A stretch of DNA of 64,000 bases. Source: an uncultured delta proteobacterium (lineage in GTDB: Bacteria > Desulfobacterota > Zymogenia > Zymogenales > Zymogenaceae). A program made the position numbers and the translations under genes. The notes beneath the pieces were generated by a model. The model did no database searches and had not been told where the DNA came from. It worked only from the letters and a program-made list of their open reading frames with translations. Below, piece after piece: positions 51,007 to 59,552 of the stretch. The stretch spans positions 288,001-352,000 of the forward strand of contig CAVTLK010000005.1 in assembly GCA_963735595.1 (NCBI GenBank). The letters run 5' to 3'. Position 1 is the stretch's first letter. Each line of letters begins with the position of its first letter.

Positions 51007-51630
51007 ATGAAGGGGAAACTCATTGTAGCAGTCCTGGCGTTTGCTGCAATGGCGCTTCTGGTGGGATGTGGAGCGGTTACCTCCGGTCCCAGCTATGATG
51101 CGCTGAATGCAGCAAAGGCCGACTTTGAGAAAGCTACGGCCCTCGGAATGAAAGGGTGTACCCCCGTGGAGTACGCTATTGCCGAGGCCGAGCTTGAGTT
51201 CGCTGAGCATAATCTCAACGAGCTTAAAATCGACACGTTTAGAGAGCACCTGGCGAAAGCCAACGAGAAAATCGGAGAGGGCGTAGACAAGCTCAAACTC
51301 TGCAAAGTCATCCTTTTTGACTTTGATAGATATGCCATCAAGCCCGTGTATTATCCTGTCCTGTATCATATGGCCGACACCATGGCTCGGTATTCCGATG
51401 TCTCCGTCGAGATCCAGGGTCATACCTGCGACATCGGCTCCGAGAAGTACAACTGCTGGCTCGGCCAGAAGCGGGCGGATGCCGTCAAAGAAACCCTCAT
51501 GATCTATGAGGTTCCTGAATCCCGGCTCTCGACCATCAGCTGGGGCGAGTATATGCCCGCCGAGAGCAACGCGACCGAAGCCGGTCGGATCAAAAACAGA
51601 CGGGTTGAGTTCGATATCGTCTACAAGTAA
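51007..51630 (+). CDS. OmpA-family lipoprotein with DUF4398-like N-domain
   Basis: Lipobox LVGC; ILFDFD, QGHTC, LGQKRA, NRRVE. Confidence 0.9.
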   Translation: MKGKLIVAVLAFAAMALLVGCGAVTSGPSYDALNAAKADFEKATALGMKGCTPVEYAIAEAELEFAEHNLNELKIDTFREHLAKANEKIGEGVDKLKLCKVILFDFDRYAIKPVYYPVLYHMADTMARYSDVSVEIQGHTCDIGSEKYNCWLGQKRADAVKETLMIYEVPESRLSTISWGEYMPAESNATEAGRIKNRRVEFDIVYK

Positions 51631-51651
51631 CCGCACCAACGATACCTGTTG

Positions 51652-51686
51652 GGGGGAAGGGGGCTAAAGCCCTTCCCCCTTTTTTT
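51652..51686 (+). terminator. intrinsic terminator
   Basis: GGGGGAAGGG..CCCTTCCCCC stem followed by a T tract. Confidence 0.85.
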
Positions 51687-51861
51687 ATTTCCGCCGCCAA
51701 TCGGCTATTCTCTCGAACGGTCAGCGGCTCATCGAACGGAACGGACGGAGGGTGGCCTCTCCGCGTCCTCATTACGATATAAATACGAGGCGGTATGCCG
51801 AAGCGGTACGGATTACTGCGACAGATAACGGCGTGACGCCGGAAAGCCCCGAGGCAAGGCG

Positions 51862-52728
51862 ATGAGCGATATACAGGGGAAAGAACTCCTCGCGGCGATA
51901 CGACACGCGGCCGAGAGCGTGATATGCCCGGACGGAACCACGGTTCGGACAATAGGGCTCGCCGCTGAGCGTGAAATCGCCGATCGGCATCGCGTATCCC
52001 GGCGTGACGTCCAGATAGCCGCGCTTTCCGCGGGGATCGCACCGCGGCGCTACCTGCGTAATCTCGGTACTCTCGGCATGGACGGGCAGATCACGCTCCT
52101 CAGGTCGAAGGTCGCCGTCGTCGGGATCGGGGGGTTAGGAGGGACTATCGCCCGTAACCTCGCCCGGGTGGGGGTAGGCGGCCTGGTCCTGATCGACGGT
52201 GACGTGTTTTCTGAAGATAACCTCAACCGCCAGGAGTTCTCGTCGGAAGATGTCATCGATCGGCCAAAGGTCGAGGTTGCCGCGGGCGAGATCGCTAAGA
52301 TCAACGGGGCGGTCGAGGTGATAGCGATAGAAAAGCGTGTTGACGCCGACGATTTGACCGCACTGCTGCCCGGGTGCGCCGCGGCCGTGGACGCCCTGGA
52401 CAGCATCCCGTCCCGGTTTGCGCTCTCGGATGCCGCAACGGCCGCAGGCGTCCCGCTGGTCCACGGCTCGGTGGCGGGGTTTGCGGGGCAGGTCGCCGTG
52501 ATAGGGCCCGCGGCCGGCGGGTTTGCCGCAATCTTCGGGAATCGGGAGGGCCTTCCCGAGAAGGGCGTCGAGGTTTCACTCGGAAACCTGCCGGGGGTCG
52601 TGGGAACGGTGGCAAATATCCAGACCGTGGAGGTAATCAAGATCCTGACGAACAGGGGAGAGCCGATCAGCGGCCGGCTCCTCTTCATGGACCTGGAGAG
52701 CGTTATATTTGACCTCTTTGATATATAG
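51862..52728 (+). CDS. HesA/MoeB/ThiF-family adenylyltransferase
   Basis: RYLRN, GIGGLGG, DGDVFSEDNLNRQ, DALD; no CxxC pairs. Confidence 0.9.
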   Translation: MSDIQGKELLAAIRHAAESVICPDGTTVRTIGLAAEREIADRHRVSRRDVQIAALSAGIAPRRYLRNLGTLGMDGQITLLRSKVAVVGIGGLGGTIARNLARVGVGGLVLIDGDVFSEDNLNRQEFSSEDVIDRPKVEVAAGEIAKINGAVEVIAIEKRVDADDLTALLPGCAAAVDALDSIPSRFALSDAATAAGVPLVHGSVAGFAGQVAVIGPAAGGFAAIFGNREGLPEKGVEVSLGNLPGVVGTVANIQTVEVIKILTNRGEPISGRLLFMDLESVIFDLFDI

Positions 52729-52736
52729 GGAGCATA

Positions 52737-53228
52737 ATGAAACGAAAAATTGCGTATGGCCTGTTTATTCTGCTCATTGCCGTGATTGCCGTTTCGTGTG
52801 TCAGGGTAAATCCGCAGGCAGAAGACGCCGACGCCGCCCTCAACTACGGCAAGGCGCTCATGAACGAGGGGAAAACGGCCCTGGCGATCGTCGAGTTCAA
52901 GAAGGCGCTGGCCTTCTTCAACGAGGCCGGTTACACGTATAGCGCTTTTGCCGTCTATCCCTACATCGCGCGGGGGTACTATCTGTCGGGCGACCGGGAC
53001 GAGGCCGTTGAGGTCTACTTTGAGGGACTGGACTTCGCAGCCAACCACTTAAGCGAGGTACGCGGGACCGATATTGCCGACACCATGCGGGAGCTGGCCG
53101 GGCTGTTGGTCGAGGCCGGCCGGCCGGACGAGGCGCGTAATCTCCTGATGGACGCGGCCGAGTTCTACAAACAGGCGGACAATTACGAGAAGTTCAACGA
53201 GGTGATTCAGCAGCTCAACGAGCTGTAG
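52737..53228 (+). CDS. TPR-repeat lipoprotein
   Basis: Lipobox AVSC; TPR-like helices. Confidence 0.75.
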   Translation: MKRKIAYGLFILLIAVIAVSCVRVNPQAEDADAALNYGKALMNEGKTALAIVEFKKALAFFNEAGYTYSAFAVYPYIARGYYLSGDRDEAVEVYFEGLDFAANHLSEVRGTDIADTMRELAGLLVEAGRPDEARNLLMDAAEFYKQADNYEKFNEVIQQLNEL

Positions 53229-53470
53229 TCTTTCGGACGAACCCCGTCAGTGCGGTGAGACAACCTGGGCCCCCCGCCTGCGCTATCTTCGGGATCGCAG
53301 GGTGTGATGCTATCGGTCGGTACTTTTGAGCGGCGGGATAGGCTTACCGCAGAATTTACACTGCACGGTGTCTCGTATCCTGCTTGGGGCAACGATCTGG
53401 TCTCTCTTACAGGCAGGACACTTCCTCTTATATTGCAGCAGTGAGCCAATGATTATCTGATAGAGCGGAT

Positions 53471-55486
53471 TCATCTCTTATCCTTCTTATGGGCCGCGGC
53501 CGATAGGATATGCCGGACCGCCGTAAAGGCTGCAGGATCTCCCAGCGTGACCAGCACATCGCGAACGGAAAGCATCGTATTCCCATCGGGATTTGACATG
53601 GTCCTACCACCCCGCCTGACCGCCAGCACCGTTAGCCCGTACTTCTTGCGGAGATCGAGCTCGGCGAGCGTCTTGCCGGCGATGGAACCCTCCGCACTCA
53701 CCGTAAATATCCTGATGTCAGCGTGTGGGACTAGATCCTTATATGCGTAGAATTGATCGCTGTCAATCGACAGGCTTCTGAACATCCGATATCCGTCGGA
53801 ACGCACGGTATCGACGAGTTCGGCTATCGTCTTTTTAGGAACGTTGAACCGGTCCAGGACCCGCGTAAAAATCTCCACCGACGTCTCAAACTCCTCCGGG
53901 ATCACCTCGTCTGCACCCAATTCAAAGAGCGGGACCGTCTCTAAAATAAACCTGGTGCGGGCGATGATATAGGCCGATCCGTTAAGCCTGCGGGCGGCCG
54001 CGACGATTCCCCTCGTGGCCGCCGCGTCATAGATCACTACGACGACCGCGTTTGCCCTGGCAATTCCGGCGTGTTCAAGTACAGCCTGATTGGTTGCATC
54101 CCCGTAGTAGATCGGCTCCCCCTTCGCCTTTTCGTCACGCACCGTTTCGGGATTCATCTCGATTATTATGTAGGGAATCCCCACCTCCCTTGTGGACCTC
54201 GCAACATTTCTCCCGTTTACCCCAAAACCGATTATGATCAGGTGATCGCGCAGCGCTAAGCGTCCCGCCGTGTCCGTGGCATAGGCTGCCGGTCGGAAGC
54301 CTATCCTAAAAATTTCTGGCAATGGGATCTTCGCCCCTATATCGGCAAGCCCGGGGGAGGCCATGACTAAAAACGGCGCCAGGATCATGGTGACGATGGA
54401 AACGCTCAGGAAGAGATGGTAACTATCCACCGATATCAGGCCGGTCTCGATACCGGTTTTAGACAGCACGAACGCGAATTCCCCTATCTGGCAGAGCGAA
54501 AGGCCAACGAGTGCAGCAACCCGGGCGGGCAGCCCGAGAAGCAGCACGGATACTCCGCCGACCGCGGCCTTGACAAATACTATGATCATGACCAACAGCA
54601 CAACTAGTCCGATATGATCGATGAGGTGTTGGGTATCGAGTAACATCCCGACGGAGACGAAAAAGAAACTGGTGAAAACGTCCCTAAAAGGAAGTATGTT
54701 GCCGAGGGCCTGAAAACTGTAATCCGAATTCGATATGATCAGGCCGGCCAGGAATGCGCCGAGCGCCAGCGTCAGGCCGACGGCGTGCGTGAGCCATGCG
54801 ACCGAGAGGCAGATCAATACAACGCTGAGCATAAAAAGCTCGCGGCTACGCGTCCGGGTGACCTGATAGAGCAGCCTCGGGAGGATCCATTTGGCAAGGA
54901 CGAACGTTAGCACAATAACGACAAACGCCTTGAGCGCAAATGTCAGAAGGCCGCTTGCGACATTTCCACCGATGCCGGCAAGGACCGGTGAAAAGAGCAT
55001 CATGGGGACGACGGCGATATCCTGGAATATCAGAATACCGATAATGGTACGGCCGTGAGGGCTATCCACCTCGGCCCGGTCTTGGAGGAGCTTGAGGACA
55101 ATTGCCGTGCTGCTCAACGAAGCCAGGAAGCCGAAAAAAACGGCGTTTTCCCGCGGCAGCCCTGTGAACCTGAGAAGGAGGCCAACGGCAAGGATAGTCA
55201 GACAAACCTGGAGGAACCCGCCGACGATTACGCTCCCTCCGATGCGTACCAGGTTCTTTATCGAGAACTCGATGCCAAGGGTAAGAAGGAGCAGCACAAC
55301 CCCGATTTCTGCTAAAACGTTAACTTCTTTCAGGCCGGTTATCAGGGAGAGTCCGTACGGGCCGATGATGATCCCGGTCAGCAATAGACCGACGACTGCC
55401 GGAACGTAGAGCCTGTTACAGATAAACAGGACGAGAACCGACATACCCAGGACGATGACAATATCGGTGAGCAGAAAGATCTCCAT
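53471..55486 (-). CDS. Kef-type CPA2 K+/H+ antiporter with TrkA-N and TrkA-C domains
   Basis: LAEIGVVLLL, SSTAIV, LIFQD, QIGEFAF, IIGFGVNG, YGDAT. Confidence 0.93.
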   Translation of the reverse strand: MEIFLLTDIVIVLGMSVLVLFICNRLYVPAVVGLLLTGIIIGPYGLSLITGLKEVNVLAEIGVVLLLLTLGIEFSIKNLVRIGGSVIVGGFLQVCLTILAVGLLLRFTGLPRENAVFFGFLASLSSTAIVLKLLQDRAEVDSPHGRTIIGILIFQDIAVVPMMLFSPVLAGIGGNVASGLLTFALKAFVVIVLTFVLAKWILPRLLYQVTRTRSRELFMLSVVLICLSVAWLTHAVGLTLALGAFLAGLIISNSDYSFQALGNILPFRDVFTSFFFVSVGMLLDTQHLIDHIGLVVLLVMIIVFVKAAVGGVSVLLLGLPARVAALVGLSLCQIGEFAFVLSKTGIETGLISVDSYHLFLSVSIVTMILAPFLVMASPGLADIGAKIPLPEIFRIGFRPAAYATDTAGRLALRDHLIIIGFGVNGRNVARSTREVGIPYIIIEMNPETVRDEKAKGEPIYYGDATNQAVLEHAGIARANAVVVVIYDAAATRGIVAAARRLNGSAYIIARTRFILETVPLFELGADEVIPEEFETSVEIFTRVLDRFNVPKKTIAELVDTVRSDGYRMFRSLSIDSDQFYAYKDLVPHADIRIFTVSAEGSIAGKTLAELDLRKKYGLTVLAVRRGGRTMSNPDGNTMLSVRDVLVTLGDPAAFTAVRHILSAAAHKKDKR

Positions 55487-55739
55487 GAAACCGCCTCGAA
55501 ATGCCCCGGCGGGACCGGCGCGCCGGTAAGGGTTACCCGCAGGGTGAGGAAGTAAATTGCGAACGCGTCATGTTAATCGGCGGTAACGGCACTATATATA
55601 ATGTCATCCCTCGTCGGCGGGGATAGGCCGGTTACCGGAGGGCTCGTATCGCTGAGAAGGCCGCAATTCGATACGATGGTGAAGAGGGACTGTAAATAAC
55701 CGACAAAGCAGGCCGGTTTCTCCGCAAAAAGCCATTCCG

Positions 55740-57205
55740 CTACGCGTCGTCCTCTATACCGCAGAGCTTCTTGGCCCGCTTCTGCTTTTTCTCGATGTCG
55801 GCAAGGCGGGCGATCATGATTCGCTGCGCCTGGGGCGAGCCGGCGCCGTGCATCGATTCGGTCAGGTATCCGACCGCGGCGGAACCCATGGTGATGTTTT
55901 CGATCAGCCGCAGGATGCGCATCCGGTTCTCCGTCGGAGACGTCGGCGCGTGGCCCGGAAGTATTTTTCGATCCACTTGCCCGCCTCCGGCGAAGCGAAA
56001 GTCCTCCTCCGAGGGCAGGGTGACCATCAGGCCGCCGGCGATATCCTGGGCGAGGCGGGCGATCTCGTAGGGGAACCGGGTGACGTTCTGCTTGTAGACG
56101 TTGGCCAGCAGCGTATCGACGCAGTAGGTGCCGCTGGGCTCCGGCTGCCCTCCGAGGCGCAGGCGATAGCAGCCGCAATAGAGCGTCTCGTTGAGGTGGT
56201 TCATCTCGATGATCTTGTCCTTGACGTGCGAGGCCTTGGCGGCGCCGTTGTATCTCGGCGATCGTCTGGGTCGCGCCGATCAGCACGTCGCCGACGCCCA
56301 CCTTGCAGGCGTAGCTCTGGCGGTGATAGGAGGCGAATTGCTCCACGAGCTGGCCCGGCAAACTCATACTCCCGGTACATGAAGACCCTCTCCCAGGGGA
56401 CGAAGACGTCGTCGAAGACGCACCAGGGCCTCATGACCGCCGTAGATCAGGTTGCCGCGGTCGATGCGTGCCCTCTTCGAGTTTGCGGGTGTCGCAGGAT
56501 TGGCGGCCGATGATATAGGTGATGCCCTCGCGTATCGCTGGGCACGGCAAAGGAGACCGCATAGTCCTCGTCCTCCTCTCGCATGCGTGAGGGTCGGCAT
56601 GACGATGATCTCATGGGAGTTGACCGCGCCGGTCTGGTGGGCCTTGGCGCCGCGCACCACGATGCCGTCTTTTCGTCTCCTCCACCACGTGCAGAACAGG
56701 TCCGGGTCCGTCTGCTTGTGGGGCGCGAGGCACCGGTCGCCCTTGGGGTCGGTCATGGCGCCGTCGCAGACCAGGTCGTTTTCCTGCACGTAAGCCAGGA
56801 ATTTCAGGAAGCGCTCGTTGTACTTGGTGCCGTACTTGGCGTCGATGTCATAGGTGACGATGGAAAGGGCGTTGAGCGCGTCCATTCCGACGCAGCGCTG
56901 AAAGCAGCAGGCCGGTGTGCGACCCGAGGAGCCGGCCCATCTTGCTCTTGTTGACCAGGTCGTCGGTGCTCTGATGAATGTGAGTAGAAGCGGTTGATCT
57001 TTTTGCCGGTGAGATGCGACATGGCGGTCATCATCTCCGCGGTATTCGGGCCGTGCGGCCAGGTCGTAGGTGGCGGCCACGGCGTTCATCGAGGGCCGGA
57101 TGATCGGGTCGTCCACCACGTTTGTCACCGCTTGCCGAACATGTAGACGACGAGCTTGAGCTTTCGCAGGCTCTCCTCGTAAGACTGGGCGTCCATCATA
57201 GCCAC
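55740..57205 (-). pseudogene. abfD: 4-hydroxybutyryl-CoA dehydratase (AbfD family) broken by many frameshifts (pseudogene or low-quality consensus)
   Basis: CFQRCVGMD, GAMTDPKGDR, GAKAHQTG, VFDDVFVPWER, YHRQSY.CKVGVGD, TESMHGAGSPQAQR, spread over three frames. Confidence 0.85.
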
Positions 57206-57216
57206 GGCCGTTTCCC

Positions 57217-58167
57217 TTATTTCATGTCGTCGTATGAGTAGTCAATCACGCGGTACGCCTTGACGTTCGTGCGGACCTTATACATTTCGAAAAAGACATC
57301 GGGCACTTTCTGCCAGGTGTCGTTCATGCCGGAGACGAGCTTCTTCATGTCCTCGCCGGTTATGATACCTGTCAAGAACCGCTTGAAGATCGTAAAACGC
57401 AGCTCCAAAAATCCCCCCGCGTTGGTCGTCAGGATCAACGTCGACGGGTTTCCCGCCCGCATCTTGAGCAGCTCCTTCATGAAGTGCCCCTTGCTAGTGC
57501 ATGAGAGCGCCACGATAACCTGGTAGCCCGGATAGGGGACGACCTTGTCAAGGTCCTCGGTACTCCCCTTGAGGATGTAGTAGCCGCCCGATTCGCCGAT
57601 GACCTTGCCCACGTAGCCGTGCATCTGGTTTTTCGGTATCTTGACGTTGTCCGCCTGCATCAGGAACGGCTCGTCCAGTCCCTGCTCGTGCAGCGCCCAG
57701 CCGTTGCCGTAACGGGAATGGGAATAGACGAAGATAACCTCCCGCTCGTTGAAGGCTTTTAACAGCTGTTCCTTGTTGGTGACCACCGTCGCATCAATGA
57801 TGATTTTTTTGCCGTAGATGGTCACGGGGATTTTCGCATCCCGGACTTCGACGTCAAGCACACCGCCGCCTCCCTTCTCGTCATAGATCTTGTTGACCAG
57901 GTCCTCCGTGCCGACGCACAGGGCGACGCTGAGGATACCGTCGCCCATGAGGGCGTGCCAGTAGGGCGGCAGGGTCGCCGGCGGCTCCGCCGGGAGTGTC
58001 GGCAGTAGCGGTTCGAGAGCCTGGTCGATAATGTAGTTGATAAAGACGCCGTACAGCGGCGTATAGGGGGGGATCGCCGCTTCCGTGGGGACGGTCGCGC
58101 AGCCGGCGAGGACCAGAAGCGCAGAAAGAAGAATGACGGCACGCAGGTTTTTGTGTCTCTTTTTCAT
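57217..58167 (-). CDS. hypothetical lipoprotein
   Basis: Lipobox LAGC; YSHSRYG and LSCTS motifs. Confidence 0.75.
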   Translation of the reverse strand: MKKRHKNLRAVILLSALLVLAGCATVPTEAAIPPYTPLYGVFINYIIDQALEPLLPTLPAEPPATLPPYWHALMGDGILSVALCVGTEDLVNKIYDEKGGGGVLDVEVRDAKIPVTIYGKKIIIDATVVTNKEQLLKAFNEREVIFVYSHSRYGNGWALHEQGLDEPFLMQADNVKIPKNQMHGYVGKVIGESGGYYILKGSTEDLDKVVPYPGYQVIVALSCTSKGHFMKELLKMRAGNPSTLILTTNAGGFLELRFTIFKRFLTGIITGEDMKKLVSGMNDTWQKVPDVFFEMYKVRTNVKAYRVIDYSYDDMK

Positions 58168-58367
58168 AGTGATGCAGTCGCCTTTCTGAATGGTGGAGCG
58201 GTTTACATAATCTTCCTTTCAACCCGTTTTGTCCGGGAGCCGGAGCTGACCGGAAAATAAAAAACCTTTTTTTTGAAAAGGTAATCTGCTACTATTGTAG
58301 GGTGTTTGCCCCGACGTGTCAAGGGCGAGTTTTACACCCCATCCGATATTGATAAGGGAGGATTCAG

Positions 58368-59426
58368 GTGAGGCGTGCCGTCATATATGTCGTCGGTTCG
58401 TTACTGATATGGTGCATGTCTTCCTGCGCCGGCTTTTCCGGGGAAGTGCTGCCGGTGGCCGATGCCGAGGGGTCGCTGGGGATTACTCCACCGGAGATCA
58501 CGCTGGTCGCCGTGGGGGACATCAACCTGGGGCGAAAGGCCGGGCGGATCATCCTTGCCGGGGACGTGGACTACGCCTTTGCCAAGACACGCGACATCAT
58601 CTCGGCGGCCGATATCGCCTTCGGCAATCTCGAGAGCACCATCTCGGAGCAGAACGGGGTCACGCAAAACGGCGTCTGGTGCTTCACCGCCCCGCCGGTT
58701 GCCGCCGAGACACTGGCCAACGCCGGGTTCGACGTGGTGTCGCTTGCCAACAACCACGTCTGGGACTTCGGCAAGCGGGCGCTGCTCGAAACTCCCGGGC
58801 ACCTGGATACGGTCGGTATCAAGAACGCCGGCACGGGTGAAAACCTCGACGCGGCCCTTGCCCCAGCGATCATCGATATCAAGGGGACGCGGATCGCCTT
58901 CTTTTCGGCGACCCGGATCTTCAATTTCGGGGGGGCGGAGCACGAGGCGTTCACCTATACGGCCTGGGCCGACATGGAACATTTACGCCCGGCCATCGAA
59001 AAGGTGCGGGGAGACGTCGACCTTGTCATCGTGGCGGCCCACTGGGGCGCGGAATACCAGGACCGGCCCGCCGACGAGACCGTAGCGTTTGCCCACGAGA
59101 TGGTGGACGCCGGCGCCGACGTCATACTCGGGGGGCATCCGCACGTCCCCCAGGGTATCGAGCGCTACAACAACGGATTTATCATCTACTCGCTGGGCAA
59201 TTTTGCCTATCACCAGACCACCGAGCACTCTGTCTGGAAGACCCGGAGCGTCATCCTGAAGCTGACCCTGACAAAAGACGGGGTGAAATCGTACGAGATG
59301 ATCCCGGTGACCTGCGGTTTTCAACCGGCCGTCGCCGAGGGGGAGTTGGCCTCCGAGATACTGGCCCACATGGCAAAGATATCGGCATATTTTGATAAGC
59401 CCGCGGAAGCCGGAAAAGGGCAATAG
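58368..59426 (+). CDS. CapA (PGA_cap) metallophosphatase-family lipoprotein
   Basis: VGDI, GNLES, SLANNH..DFG, HWGAEY, GGHPHV, YSLGNF. Confidence 0.93.
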   Translation: MRRAVIYVVGSLLIWCMSSCAGFSGEVLPVADAEGSLGITPPEITLVAVGDINLGRKAGRIILAGDVDYAFAKTRDIISAADIAFGNLESTISEQNGVTQNGVWCFTAPPVAAETLANAGFDVVSLANNHVWDFGKRALLETPGHLDTVGIKNAGTGENLDAALAPAIIDIKGTRIAFFSATRIFNFGGAEHEAFTYTAWADMEHLRPAIEKVRGDVDLVIVAAHWGAEYQDRPADETVAFAHEMVDAGADVILGGHPHVPQGIERYNNGFIIYSLGNFAYHQTTEHSVWKTRSVILKLTLTKDGVKSYEMIPVTCGFQPAVAEGELASEILAHMAKISAYFDKPAEAGKGQ

Positions 59427-59552
59427 ACGTGCGCACGATAAAGCCGCAGCTGCGTGAGTGAGGCCGTTCGTATCGGATTGGCCGGCAACGGCGCACCGCG
59501 GTGTAACCGTCGAGCGAGATTCACCGAACAAGCTTCGCGGAGAGGATGATCT

